From the NCBI GenBank assembly GCA_964016885.1, contig OZ024740.1, positions 315,394,001-315,458,000 of the forward strand: a DNA stretch of 64,000 bases. The letters are read 5' to 3'. Source of the DNA: Eledone cirrhosa (Eukaryota). Both the position numbers and the translations under genes were made by a program. Under the pieces are notes generated by a model, which worked only from the letters and a program-made list of their open reading frames with translations, had not been told where the DNA came from and ran no database searches. Numbering within the stretch: position 1 is the stretch's first letter; every line of letters begins with the position of its first letter. Of the stretch, positions 1 through 13,640 are shown piece after piece.

Positions 1-1310
1 ATCACTACCAGTACCAACACCAACACCACTGCCACCCCAACACCACTACCACCCCCAACACCACCAACATTACCACCACTACCAGTACCACCACTAACAC
101 CAACACCAACACCACTACCAACACCACTACCACCCCAACACCACTACCACCCCAACACCACTACCACCCCCAACACCACCAACATTACCAGCACCACCAG
201 TACCACCACTAACACCAACACCACTACCACCCCAACACCACCAACATTACCACCACTACCAGTACCACCACTACACCAACACCAACACCACTACCACCAC
301 CAACACCACTACCACCCCAACACCACCAACATTACCACCACTACCAGTACCACCACTACACCAACACCAACACCACTGCCACCACCAACACCACTACCAC
401 CCCCAACACCACCAACATTACCACCACTACCACTACCACCACCAACACCAACACCAACACCACTATCACTCCCAGCACCACTACCACCCCAACACCACCA
501 ACACCACTACCACCCCCAACACCACCAACATTACCACCACTACCACTACCACCACCACTACCACCACCAACACCACTATCACTCCCAGCACCACCAACAT
601 TACCAGCACCACCACCAACACCACCAACACCAACACCAACACCACTGCCACCACCAACACCACTACCACCCCAACACCACCAACATTACCACCACTACCA
701 GTACCACCACTACACCAACACCAACACCACTGCCACCACCAACACCACTACCACCCCCAACACCACCAACATTACCACCACTACCACTACCACCACCAAC
801 ACCAACACCAACACCACTACCACCCCCCAACACCACCAACATTACCAGCACCACCACCAACACCACCAACACCAACACCAACACCACTGCCACCACCAAC
901 ACCACTACCACCCCCAACACCACCAACATTACCACCACTACCACTACCACCACCAACACCAACACCAACACCACTACCACCACCAACACCACTACCACCG
1001 CCAACATCACCAACATTACCAGCATCACCAGCACCACCACCAACACCAACACCAACACCACTACCAACACCAACACCACTACCACCGCCAACACCACCAA
1101 CATTACCACTACCACCAGCACCACCACTACACCAACACCACCACCAACACCAACACCAACACCACTGCCACCGCCAACACCACCAACATTACCAGCACCA
1201 CCAGCACCACCACCAACACCAACACCAACACCACTACTACCACCAACACCACTACCACCCCCAACACCACCAACATTACCAGCACCACCAGCACCACCAC
1301 TACACCGCTA
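1..1310. repeat. Compound (ACC/AAC/ACT)n trinucleotide-derived low-complexity array
   Basis: Continuous accacc/aacacc/actacc units with reiterated blocks such as ccaacattaccaccactacc. The Val-rich ORFs here are translations of the repeat. Confidence 0.95.
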
Positions 1311-1589
1311 CCACCAGCTGTTGCTGCTAATAATATTGGATTTCTAGGAAAACAATGTCAAAGGTGAAAGAATAACGCCGAAAATAATTGTTGGTTTACA
1401 TGCTTCAGTAACTGCATGAGATATATCATTGAAGAAACTGTCAGATGGAGCCATGAAAGAGATTCTGGAGAAAGCCGCTCTCTACCAGACTTAAATCAAA
1501 CACGACAAATGAGCAGGAATAGAATATTGACATGTATTGTTTTGTTCTCACTCATTCATTCAATCCTTCTACCATGACACAGTCATATA

Positions 1590-1860
<271 letters not shown>

Positions 1861-1869
1861 ATATATGTG

Positions 1870-2105
1870 TGAATATGAAAACAAACGTGCTGCGTGGTTG
1901 CAAATGGGTTACATATGAATAAAGTTAGTCCTTCATCAGTGATCTTCCAACCTTCATTGGTATTTCATCGCTTTAAAGACCATATACCTCCGGTTGGTGC
2001 GAGCAACGGCTAAAGAAAGTCGTTGGGACACGTAAATAAGGGGAACGAGCGAGACTGTAAACAATCAAAGATGGTAATGCAACGAAAAGTGAGGAAGAAA
2101 GAGTC
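1870..2105. repeat. Dispersed repeat between (TA)n tracts, with a relative at 52421-52975
   Basis: Shares ggttgca.atgg, agtcc.tcatcagtgat, tatttcat, catatacctc.gttggtgc and gcgag.gagac with 52441-52625. Confidence 0.6.
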
Positions 2106-2123
2106 AATATATATATAATATAC

Positions 2124-2163
<40 letters not shown>

Positions 2164-2190
2164 GTGTGTATATATAGAGAGAGAGGGGGA

Positions 2191-2286
2191 TACAGGATGT
2201 CCTCCAAAAATGTATACACACTTTGATTTCCTCTACAGGCAATATTTATTAGAATGCTGTTGAAGTGTGTAAACATTATTGGACAT

Positions 2287-2291
<5 letters not shown>
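2191..2291. mobile_element. Tiny Tc1/mariner-type MITE
   Basis: Imperfect TIRs tacaggatgtcc...tgtatacacactt and aagtgtgtaaaca...ggacattctgt. Confidence 0.55.
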
Positions 2292-2361
<70 letters not shown>

Positions 2362-2493
2362 AAAAGTAAGCAAGATCGAAGTATATACTGCATTATATAT
2401 ATATATACATTTTATTGGCATTTTACAATCGTTTCAATATCGATAAGCTCACGATACAACTATAATGACCGGGGCCCGACTCTGCCTCGACAT

Positions 2494-2795
2494 TTCTTCT
2501 TCTTCTTCGTCTTCTTCTTCTTCTTCTTCTTCTTCTTCTTCTTCTTCTTGGTCCTGTCAGAAGCAGCCGTTTCCAACTGATCCGACTGAATCCACAAACA
2601 AAACCAGCTGAGCTCTTGGATGTTATCCAGTCCTTTTGCTCGGGGTCTACACCTCGGTCACCTGCCAGTTGGTTTTGCTCATAATATCTGCCCTGTGAGT
2701 CTTTTCAGGAACAAGGGACATTCTAACCATATGTCCATAGTACTGAAGCTGTGATCTCTCAATTCAGAGCAGTTGGGGCTCTACCTGGAGCGACA
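2494..2795 (-). mobile_element. RTE-clade LINE 3' fragment with (GAA)n tail
   Basis: The minus strand gives degraded SLQVEPQLL/IERSQLQYYGHMVRM/RPRAK, homologous to 24880-25486. The (TTC)n run is the tail. Confidence 0.7.
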
Positions 2796-3454
2796 TGCTT
2801 ATTTTGTTTAATTCGACAGATATCATGTATCATTGAGAATCTGTAGCAACGAAGCAATGGTTAATATACAATTGACTGAATATTAGCGATACAAATGGTG
2901 TTGTGTGGGGACACAATAAATTATCGGCCCGACTACGTGATTTCATTACTACACCCCGCATCTGATGAGTGCAAGCACGGAAGTTACGTGATATTCCCGA
3001 AAACATCCAGAAAATTTACGCAGCTAGGACTGGTGGCGCAAATAATCAACGGAGTTTAGTCTTAATATCCTACTGGGGAGATCTGTTCGCGACAGCAGCA
3101 GTGACTGAATGTAGCAGTCCAAAACAGCAGCAGCATCATGTGACCTTCCTAAGAGAAAGTCTGTCGGGCCTAGGCGATAGAACTAATCACACAATTGGCC
3201 GTTCAATTCAAACAGCTTGAAAATTGCGCCGGAAGATCTCAGCCAAGTATGTTTCATAATAAAAACTATCAGAAATGTATAATACATAGAAATCGAATCA
3301 GTATAAGAAAATGTATAACATTCAACTTACGATCATAGGCAAATCCGTTACTAGGGAGAATTAAGTATTGATTTTATGAAACCAAATAGAATTCGTCCAA
3401 GATCACCGTTTGCCATTCACTATATATATAATCTAGAGAAAAAAACTTGTGTCC

Positions 3455-3527
3455 GGGGAATTAGCTCAGATGGTAGAGCGCTCGCTTAGCATGCGAGAGG
3501 TACCGGGATCGATGCCCGGATTCTCCA
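3455..3527 (+). tRNA. trnA-AGC: tRNA-Ala (anticodon AGC)
   Basis: 73-nt cloverleaf: acceptor GGGGAAT/ATTCTCC with the G3:U70 Ala identity pair, D arm GCTC/GAGC, anticodon arm CTCGC-TTAGCAT-GCGAG, T arm CCGGG/CCCGG. A T-run Pol III terminator follows at about 3537-3545. Confidence 0.97.
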
Positions 3528-3964
3528 TGTGTTCACTTTTCTTTTAAATTATTTTTCTATTCTTCTTCTTCGCCGTCGTCTTTTTCTTCTTCTTCTTCGA
3601 CGACGGCGGGGACGGCGACTGTCAGGCTTGATTGATAGAACTAATGACACAATTGGCTGTTAAATTCAAATAACTTGAAAATCGCGCCGGAAGATCTCAA
3701 TCAGATATGTTTTATAAAAAAAAAACAGAAATGCATAATACATAATTTAATATACGCTGATTTCAATACACCATATGACATAAATATATCTCCGTTAGCT
3801 GTAATGTATTTTTTATCACATTAATCATATGTCGGAATACATATATATTGATGTTGTAACAGTCACAACTGTATTACCGCCGATTAGCATTTGTCCCCAT
3901 ATACCCCCAACAAATACCTGTTAGTGGACATTTATTCTGTGCTACTTGCAATGTATTTTACTTC

Positions 3965-4270
3965 GGTGGATGCAGCATAGCCGAATGGTTAAGAAGTTCG
4001 CTTATCAATCATTAGGTCCTGAAATTGATCCCGCGACGTGGCATTTACCATAGCCTCGGGTCGACCCATACCTTGTGAGTGATATGGAATCTATCCGTAA
4101 ATCAAATGGTCAGCTTCGCAACATACAGTGTCACACTGAATCTCAATGAGAATTACTTTAAAGTGTACACGTGTCTTTGGAATGCTCAGCGACTTACACG
4201 TTAATTTCACGAGCACGCCGTTCCATTGATCAAACAACTGGAACATTCATCGTCCAAACCGAGGGAGATC
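3965..4270 (+). mobile_element. Degenerate tRNA-derived SINE (composite)
   Basis: A-box-like tagccgaatggttaag. The 3' part (gtcacactgaatctc...gagaattac...cacgttaatttcacgag...ttgatc..caactggaa) is shared with 62840-63105. Confidence 0.55.
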
Positions 4271-4457
4271 CATTCCTTTCTATTTTTACAACGAATCTTT
4301 CACAGAGATAATGATAATTACAAGAGAATAAAAAAAAATAAGATCCAGTAAGTTGAATATGATAGGTTGTTGAAAGTCAGAGGGTTGTTTAGAGATAAAG
4401 TCATTTCTGGTCTGATGCTTCGTGATCCTGACTATATTATTGATCTGTGGCTAAAGG

Positions 4458-4790
4458 TTGGTGGATTGGCAGTATCAGTAGAGCGTCAGACACCATGCTT
4501 TGCAGCATGGAGTTATGGCCCTTTACGTTCTGAGTTCAAATTCCGCCGAGGTAAACTTTGCCTTCCATCCTTACGAAGTCGATAAAATAAAGTACCAGTA
4601 CTGCACTGGGGTAATTGCTGGCCTTGTGCCAAAAGTAGAAACAATTATTGACTTATGGCCCTTTACGTTCTGAGTTCAAATCCCGCCGAGGTTAACTTTG
4701 TCTTTCATCCTTACTGGGTCGATAAAATAAAGTACCAGTAATTCACAGGGGTAATTGCTGGCCTTGTGCCAAAAGTAGAAACAATTATTG
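4458..4790 (+). mobile_element. Deu/Nin-domain tRNA-derived SINE plus partial tandem second copy
   Basis: B box gagttcaaat, Deu-type core ctttgcctttcatccttac.gggtcgataaaataaagtaccag, 3' end gctggccttgtgccaaaagtagaaacaattatt. Further copies at about 4900-5060, 19695-20080 (nested), 23945-24130, 55418-55570, 60323-60385 and 60880-61240. Confidence 0.8.
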
Positions 4791-5269
4791 ATCTATGGCT
4801 AGCATGAAATCACATCTCAGATTGTAAAGTATAGCAGTTGTGTAGTTTCAAGGCTACTTTTAATTGAGTGCCATTACTGATTAAAGATGTAATGCTGTGT
4901 TGGCGCCAAATTAGCAGAGTCGTTAGGGTCTCGGAGTAAAAAGTGTTCTGACTCACTACACTTTACATTGAAATCTTGCGGATGTCGACTTTGCCTTTCA
5001 TCCTATTGACGTCAATAAATAGAGTTTCTCTCGCCCTTTCTCTGGAAGAAATCGGCTAAGTTCAAACTTGAAGAGGGGTGGACCTCCGCCAGATAGAAAA
5101 TACTCAAGACACGCCGTGTGCCATGGCGGCGCCCCTACGTCTCCATCAAGAGATAGAGTGTTCAACTAGCATGAAATGTCATCTCACATAGTAAAACCTA
5201 ACAATTGTACAGTTAGTTGGTTAGTAGTAATTGTATGCCATTCATGATTTTAAAATGTGTAATGGAAGC

Positions 5270-5445
5270 CAGAAGAAGGTCTTAGAAAGCAAAATAAACC
5301 CATGAAGACCTGGTTGAGATCTGTGGAGCAAGACCTGGCAGACATGGGCCTGGCCTTAGAGTAGACCCATGACAGGGTTTGCAACCGTATGGAATGGAGA
5401 TCTCTTTTCGCCCAATGCTTCATAGGGAGAAAAGGGAACTAAAGA
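5270..5445 (+). mobile_element. Degraded RTE LINE 3' end
   Basis: Translates to KPMKTWLRSVEQDLADMGL...NRMEWRSL, the typical RTE ORF C-terminus. Confidence 0.5.
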
Positions 5446-7469
5446 AAGAGAATGTTGTATGTCTTTATAAGTGATTGTGTTTTGGTTGTTTCACGAGAAA
5501 CTAAAATATCCTCAATAAAAGTCGTAAAAATTTAAGGTTTTCTGTTCGTAGAAATATTGCAATGCCAGTCTGGAGTATATAGGCTGCACGTGGCTGACGC
5601 CTATGGATGGACTGCTAATGAATGAAGGGTAGAATAATACGTCTATTGACAAGAGTATGTGGGATTAGTAGTGATAGCAAACAGGATATTAATGTATATA
5701 GATGAAAGGGTATTTGCAGATACATGAGGTAATATAATATAGGTCGAAGATAGCACCGTTGACTTGTAATAAGTAGTCTGACAGAAAACTTCCAAATCAA
5801 GAGATGAGAGACAGATAGAACTCATTAGCAGGATGCACTGCTTGGAGGTTCTCTAACTAGACACACAAAGGATTTGTTGACATTTAAGGCAACATTTCTT
5901 TTATCGATTTCGTGTATGTTTTGTTTCGTTTGTTTGTTTTTTGTTTGTTGTTTTTTTAGCACTAAACTACTGATCTGTGACATAAAAGAGCATATCAACG
6001 ATACATTTAGCTGTGTGGGCTTGTTAATGGAGGCCAATGAAGAGAGAAAGGGGGTGATGGTGGCAGTCGTTTCCATTCTCTTTAAATACGGAAGGATTAG
6101 ATTAGGAGAGTCGGAGAGGTTTCTCAATTGGATGTTTCCATAAATTATGATAAATTACTTGTTGTTTCTGCTTATCTGATATCAGCTTTGATCAGGCAGA
6201 CCTGACTATTTCATCTACTGTTCAGACTTGTCTCTACTTTATTATGGCGTTACGCTGTCATAATGTTTTCTATTTTATGCACAAGGGGAAAGTCGATTTT
6301 CCGATATAAAGAACTTCAGCCGTATACCGCTCCATGGTCCCAATGGACAGAACAGAAAAAGGTCTTATCCTGGAGGATAGCAAGGGAGACGCTTTGAAAG
6401 AGCCATTCCAGTTCGCAGGGACTCAGTTAATCAGTAAGCATGACTTTTACGTAATTATTTTCAATGTGGCTTCTTGTATTTACAATCAGATCATTCATCC
6501 GAACATCCACAGACTTACCAACCTCTAAAAACCCAAATGAGGAGTACCATGAAAAATAAGTGCCCCAAAACGGGGAGAAATGAGGCAAATGGGGAGATTT
6601 TACATAATGAAAGCTATACCCATTTTCACAAGAGAAGACATCCCTCACCCACCCCAAAGTGGGTGGAAGGTCTCCCCGTCGGACGGGGAGAGTTGACATC
6701 CAGTTCGGATAAACTATACATCCAGTTCGGATAAACTATGCCTAACTGTGATCGAGGTCTGAAAGAATTTCAACTCGTAATTTAAAGAAAGTAAACCAAA
6801 GAGTATTATGCATTTATTCCGAGACAAAAGGGGGTGGGTTATCCAATTGTCTCAAACACTTACACCACCTCCATTTTTAGCTAGTTACTATTAATACCAG
6901 AACGTTAGTTATTACCATACCACCATCACATTTCTAAATATTCCCCCCTACCCCCACCCCTACCCCTGCTCCGTTAGCTAAATTTTCTAAATATATATAT
7001 ATATATATAAAACAACACAAACAACACCAACAAGCTTAAATTTCTGTCGGTCCCAGCCTTTTTATTATTTCGACTCAGCACTATAATTAAATTTAACATG
7101 TCCCCCTCCCACCACCCTCTTCATTTATTCTCTATCACAGCCCGCTCTCTCAAATCTTACCAAGTTGTTTACCTTGGTGTGGAATTTTCACAAAAACTTT
7201 ATTCATATTAAACAAAGTTATATAGTTTTGGGGGGTTTTGTTTGTTTTCTTTTGTTTGTTTTCTTTTCTTTTCTTTTCTTAAACAAATGTTTGCTGTTAC
7301 AGTTGTTATCGTTTTTGTTGTTGTTGTTGACGTTGTTGTTGTTTTGGGTGGTGGTGGTGGTGGTGGTGTTGGTGGTGGTGGTGTTGGTGTATTATTTAAG
7401 TTGGATTGTAAATCTTCCGACGAAAAAAGGGGAACATTTTCATTTATTTTATATTTTAAGCAGCACTTT

Positions 7470-8045
7470 ATGCATGTGTGTGTGCGAACGTGTGTGTATA
7501 TATCTGTGACCGTGTGTGTATATATCTGTGACCATGTGTATGCGTGTATATCTGTGACCGTGTGTGTATATATCTGTGACCATGTGTATGCGTGTATATC
7601 TGTGACCGTGTGTGTATATATCTGTGACCATGTGTATGCGTGTATATCTGTGACCGTGTGTGGGTATATCTGAAACTGTGTGTCTATGTCTGTGGCTGTG
7701 TGTGTGTATGTGTATGTTTGTTACAGTGTGCGTGTGTATTCATGTCTGCGACTGGGTGCGTGTATGTCTGTGACTCTGTGTGTGCAGGTATGTCTGCGAC
7801 CGTGTGCATGTGTGTGTATATATGTGACCGTGAGTGTGCGTGCGTGTATGTCTGTGGCCATGTGCGTGTGCGTGTGTGTGTCTGCGACCGTGTGCGTACG
7901 TGTATGTCTGTTACTGTATGTGTGTATGTTTGTGGCCGTGAAAGTGCATGTATGTCTGTCACCGTGTGCGTGCGTTTATCTCTGTGGCCGTATGCGTGCG
8001 TATTTGTGTGTATGTGTGTATGTGTGTATGTGTGTATGTATTTAT
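7470..8045. repeat. (TG)-derived minisatellite / degenerate microsatellite
   Basis: Units gtgtgtgtatatatctgtgaccatgtgtatgcgtgtatatctgtgacc repeated, then degenerate. Confidence 0.85.
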
Positions 8046-8199
8046 TTATAAATGAAACAAAAATGTTGAAATTGCATTTAAAAGAAAATGCCGTCTCATT
8101 AATTACATTTTTTTAGTATGACGTGTTTTGCGCATGCGCACGTAATCAAATATACATATAGGAACAACATAAACACACATACACACACGTCAATCTCTA

Positions 8200-8296
<97 letters not shown>

Positions 8297-8688
8297 AAGG
8301 TATATATTGAGTTAGAAACTCAAAATAGTCTCTTAATAGCTCTAGGAAAGAGATTTTTCCGAGCCGTTTGGCTATGCTGTTTCGCAAATTAATTGTGAAG
8401 AGAATTACCAATTTTTGCTCGTCAGTGGGTGAAAATTAGGAAACTCCTCACTTCTAAGAATATCAGATAACTGAATAATGTGCGTATATATAAGCCAAAC
8501 GCTGTATGGATGATCGGTAGTTACCACAATTCCGGTTTGTATTTATTTTCTTGATTTATTCTAAATTGAGTCTGGCAAACCCTATTGTCCATAGTTAGTA
8601 TTTGTTTTCACCTTAGCGAACCTGATCCCTTACGATTTGAACGCATATATGTATATGTCTGTGTTTATCTCTCTTTTAAATTCAATTA

Positions 8689-8722
<34 letters not shown>

Positions 8723-8725
<3 letters not shown>

Positions 8726-9065
8726 GGAGGTGAGTTTTATTGTAGTACAATAAAGCAATGCAGATATCGGATAAGAAGCACTCTACAGTTTGTAGGACTG
8801 GAGTATACATAATATATAAGAACAAAAGATGGTTAAAAGAGTTCCATGTATTTTATTATGCGCATTTCAAAAACAAATATCATCATGCAATAATATTTGT
8901 GTTTTCATCAGATAAAACAGGAGGACATGATATGAAGTGTTTTTTAACCTTCATATCATGTCCTCCTGTTTTATCTGATGAAAACACAAATATTATTGCA
9001 TGATGATATTTGTTTTTGAAATGCGCATAATAAAATACATGGAACTCTTTTAACCATCTTTTGTT

Positions 9066-9074
<9 letters not shown>
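8723..9074. mobile_element. Fold-back Penelope-like insertion, family D (arms 8812-8937 and 8949-9074, about 90-nt tail on the left)
   Basis: About 126-bp inverted repeat with an 11-bp spacer, (TA)n on both sides and a hammerhead in each arm. Confidence 0.85.
8968..9036 (+). ncRNA. Type I hammerhead ribozyme, family D (mirror copy on the minus strand at about 8850-8918)
   Basis: gttttat-CTGATGA-aaacacaaatatta...tgatatttgttttt-GAAA-tgcgca-TA-ataaaat. Helix III ATGCGCAT is palindromic. Confidence 0.85.
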
Positions 9075-9099
<25 letters not shown>

Positions 9100-9111
<12 letters not shown>

Positions 9112-9587
9112 TGTAGTTCCTGTCTGTTTGTTTGTTCACGAACTCCTCCTATGGTTTTGGGGATGAGCCCCATAACCATATATATTCTGAAACTACATTG
9201 CCCAGGGTACTTGGATAAGTATATTTCATTTTAATCAAAGGGTTCCCCGGGGGGCACAAACTCTCGCTGAAAATATTTTCCCTTCGATTTATATGAAATT
9301 TAAACTATAGGTAAATGACAAGATATGATGCCTATTCACAAAAGTTTTGAATTGATATTTTGAAAAACATTATTAACAAGAAACAAAATAATTAAATTTA
9401 AATAATGTAATTTTGATTTGATATATTACAAAAAATGTTTTCCAATTTTTCATGCATTACATTTTACATTAAGTAATATTGAAATGAAGAGTTTTTCTCC
9501 ATAAATTATATCACTGATTTAAAGTCAATCATCATTTTCTTACAAAAAAAATGTGTGAAACGCAGCAAGGCGCGGGTAATTCGGCTA

Positions 9588-9588
<1 letters not shown>
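9100..9588 (+). mobile_element. Non-autonomous Helitron
   Basis: 3' hairpin cgcagcaaggcgcg followed by CTAG|T. 5' ataaag...tgtctgtttgtttgttcacg is typical of these Helitrons. Confidence 0.6.
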
Positions 9589-9631
<43 letters not shown>

Positions 9632-9639
<8 letters not shown>

Positions 9640-10104
9640 ATACTTGGGGAGGGTTATATTTGTGTAATATTGCCAGAATTAATAACAGAACACACTCACT
9701 GTTTGGTTGGTTTTCGCTTCTCGCTGTCTTTTATATCGGTAATCTAACTTACTCGGTCCTCAATGTTGCCATTGACTGACCGACGGTAGGAGGAAAATAT
9801 AACACCACTGACGATGTTGCAGATGTGCAACGAAAGATTTATGATAAACTATATATATGTGTTTGTGTCTATATTGTATCTGTATTATTTTTGACCGTCG
9901 GTCAGTCAATGGCAACATTGAGGACCGAGTAAGTTAGATTACCGATATAAAAGACAGTGAGAAGCGAAAACCAACCAAACAGTGAGTGTGTTCTGTTATT
10001 AATTCTGGTAATATTACACAAATATGACCCTCCCCAAGTATAACAATATTTGTTTCGACACACGATTTCATATAAAAAACCTCGCAAAACTAATTCATCG
10101 CCGC
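9632..10104. mobile_element. Fold-back Penelope-like insertion, family C (arms 9632-9787 and 9894-10049, tail 10050-10104)
   Basis: 156-bp inverted arms flanked by (TA)n. The spacer holds a degenerate hammerhead CTGACGA-tgttgc-agatgt-gcaac-GAAA (9808-9845). Other copies lie at 26575-26835 and 52015-52146. Confidence 0.8.
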
Positions 10105-10137
<33 letters not shown>

Positions 10138-10359
10138 TGATAATTATTGCTATTTTGCTGAACTCCTTTTGTAGAGTTTTTTTTTCAGAATGTATTTGAC
10201 TGCTATTTCTTGTAAATAAACATTCACTTCCATCCTGACGTCACTAGCCCCGTTTTTTCCTCATGTGCTTTTTCATAATTACACATGAAGGCGAACTAGC
10301 CAGTTTTAGAATTCCCTTTTTCGGATTATATTACTGTGAGAGCCCTGGTTTTCTGTTGA

Positions 10360-10440
10360 GCTCTGCTGATGAATGAAATCCAACCGTGACCATCTCCACT
10401 GAAAGTTTTCATGAAATAGTCTTTTAAGACTATACAGAGC
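10360..10440 (+). ncRNA. Type I hammerhead ribozyme, family K, inside a (TA)n-flanked segment 10132-10695
   Basis: gctctg-CTGATGA-atgaaa...tttcat-GAAA-tagtcttttaagacta-TA-cagagc. All three helices pair. Confidence 0.85.
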
Positions 10441-10690
10441 ATTTGATGTTATTCCAAATTGAAGGATAAGTGTTTCAAACTTTATTTTATCATGAGTTAA
10501 AGGTCTATAGATTTTTCCCTGGATTTTACTAAATTCTGTGGATAAATTTATATCCTGATTCTCTTTTGAGATGAGTTTGAGTTATTTTTCCTAAATCTTT
10601 CGTTAACTACTTTTCCCATCTTGACGTTATAGTCGCATATATGTTATAGAATGCCGTTAGCTTCTTGCTAAAACAATCTCTATACCTCTC

Positions 10691-10732
<42 letters not shown>

Positions 10733-10736
<4 letters not shown>

Positions 10737-10930
10737 CAGAATGGATGCATTAAAAACCAGTTAGACCATTATTCACCGTGTACTGGATACTTAGTGTAGT
10801 AGCGTGGGTAATATGAAGGATTCGAGACCCCGATGGCTTAGGCCCTGCCGTTTCAACACCTAGATCCGAACTTCGTATCTAGATGTTGAAATGGAAGGAG
10901 CTCAGCCGTCAGGATCCCGAATCTTTCATA
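10733..10930 (-). mobile_element. Diverged family-B mini hairpin with tail
   Basis: Imperfect hairpin at 10811-10930. The left tail gaccattattcacc...atacttagtgtagtagcgtgggtaat is homologous to the family-B tail at 35281-35358. Confidence 0.7.
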
Positions 10931-11150
10931 TATATATATATATATATATTTAAAATTCAAATTATGTATATATAGAGAGTGAAAGAGCCATATATCGTTT
11001 GAGAATCACATAGTATTTTATACATATATATATAAAGCACATAATATTTAGGAAAGAATAGGTACGTCATGGTGGAAATGTTCTTCTTTCCTTATGGTAC
11101 CATTTCATTAGTATATATATATATACTCATGATTGATTGAATGATAAAAA

Positions 11151-11527
11151 TATTAATATTCGATTCGTTTCCAAGCAAACAGCCTCATAACACCATGTGT
11201 TTTAGACGACTAACATCATCCTTTTGTTCCAGCGATAGCAAAGAGAAAAACAATCTACAATTGTTTCGGGATTATTGCCCCTTATCCTGATTGTGTAATT
11301 CTCTATTTTCTCTTGAGAATATATAGTATTCTCTAAAGTATACATCGGCTAATTAGCTTAATTTGCATACCGGGCGATTTTACGGCTGGCTTTGCCGAAA
11401 ATTAAAAACAAAATTTGTTTTCGCTCTATTTTTCTCTCTGCTACTGCTGGAAAAAAAGGATGATGTTAGTCGTCTAAAACACATGTGTTATGAGGCTGTT
11501 TGCTTGGAAACGAATCGAATATTAATA
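11151..11527. mobile_element. MITE-like element with about 100-bp terminal inverted repeats
   Basis: tattaatattcgattcgtttccaagcaaacagcctcataacac... at 11151-11250 is inverted at about 11428-11527. No hammerhead seen and superfamily not identified. Confidence 0.7.
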
Positions 11528-12091
11528 ATATTATTATAATATTATTTTTATTATTCACTCACGAATGCATTTACGTATCCGCTATATTAATAATGAAGTA
11601 ATTAATAATTTTAGGCAATCCCTCAAAATGCTCCATTAACTAATTGAAATATAGTGTATTTTATTTGAAATATGGTCATGAAAGGGTTTAAGCCAATTCA
11701 CTAAATTTACAGCCCTAATAAATTACTATTTAGTTGGGGTGGAGCATTAATCTATCCTAGTTTAGCGTTTCTCGGTATTAGTGGCTTAACCTGTTGAGAT
11801 ATTTATATCTCTCCTTTTAGATAAGAGGTCGTCAGTCTATCATAGGTTTTGCCCAGGAGAGAATTTGAACTCAGCTTTGCAAGCTAGGGGAAAAAACCTC
11901 ATCAGTAATACAGTTAGTTAAACTGATGCTCGTGCGTCACCCCACATGAACGCACTTACACGTACGTACACACATATCTCATACACACAGACTCACACAT
12001 ATACACTCACACGTATATATGTACCTGCGTACATTTTATCAATGAGCAAGGATTTTGTTAAAGTAAGTAGGTATGTAATTATACATGTATA

Positions 12092-12426
<335 letters not shown>

Positions 12427-13159
12427 CATAATTTTTATGTGTGAGACAGTGTGTATGAGTGTGCACTCAAGTATTTATGTATTCGAGTATATGTGCATGT
12501 ACATAACATACAGTATGTGTGTGTGTAAAGGGTGTCAGACAAAATCAGTTTAGAAATCACAACGGAGTTATTTAGCCCATATCTAAAGTTTCAGAACGAA
12601 AATGATACTGAATATTTTGGTTGATTCATTGAAGCATCCCAGTCTTATTGCTAGAATGAACGAAAACTATTTTCTGACGACTAGAAAAATATTCTGAAAA
12701 TGAATCTCGCATTTATCAACCCCAGGTGTATTCAATTTTACCTTCGTATAAAACACATAACCAAATTTTGAGGTACTCCGCTATCTCGTATCATACATCT
12801 CAGGTTTTTCTTCTAAATTTCCCTTGTCTAACATATTCAGCTCATATCAGCTGTTTTTTGTTTAACCCTTCTATTACTGATGATTTAATATAATAGTTTG
12901 TAGTTAATTGAAAATGATTAGTTTTAAGACCGGGTGGTGCGTTATGTCCTTGAGCAAGTCACTTGACTTTATTTTACTTTGTTCCTTCTGCTACGAATTG
13001 CGACCGGTAGATAGTATTAGTAATTGGAAAGATCAATGAAGACATTGTATGTATGTATGTAAGTTTGTATGTATGTTTGTATGTATGTATGTATATATGT
13101 ATGTATGTATGTTTGTATGTATGTATGTATGTATGTATGTATGTATGTATGTATGTATG

Positions 13160-13640
13160 TTAGGTCGCTCTTCAGCGCTACTTGTAACATGTGAACCAGT
13201 ACAACCTGTGCATGGTTGGGTTGTCGGCGACTAAACCGGCAAGGAGGGTGATTTGGGGCACGCAGCAGGATGAAAAACAAAACCTGTCAAAGGATGGAGG
13301 AACTCAGGAGAGTCAACAGCCATGCAATAAAGTTTTTTATCTGGAGCGAGAGGCTCCTAGTCTTCAATAAGACACCTCTCTTGGAGAAGGTCACTCTGAT
13401 ATAAAACCTGCGACTCAGTTTATATCTAATGATGTAGACTAGTTCTTCTTTTGGGGCAAATGCATTTGATGTTCAGAGAGTGGGATTGACCCCGTGCAAA
13501 GCCTTTCCTCATTTAAAAGAGCTTCAAGCACAGGCATTGCTTGATATGTGACATTTTTGGCGATTCATGGTATTGCTGGCCATAGGCAAGTCCCTAGCAG
13601 GACTAGGAAGCCACATCCGTGATGTTCATGCTTAAGTATC
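13160..13640 (+). mobile_element. Possible RTE 5' UTR relic
   Basis: The motif cctctcttggagaaggtcactctgatataaaacc resembles RTE 5' UTRs. Recognised from memory only. Confidence 0.35.

Noticed and set aside
481-1127. Val-rich or mucin-like ORFs
   Set aside because: Low-complexity repeat with frequent frame shifts and no splice or domain support.
2955-3005. CTGATGA-gtgc-aa-gcac-GGAA hammerhead-like motif
   Set aside because: GAAA is altered and helix I cannot be closed.
5550-5880. Possible exon or old LINE remnant (KYCNASLEYIGCTW)
   Set aside because: Stops in all plus-strand frames and no recognisable motif.
8812-9074. Palindromes interpreted as DNA-transposon MITEs or miRNA precursors
   Set aside because: The arms contain hammerheads, have one-sided tails and variable centres. 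In family B they match the end of an RT-encoding element.
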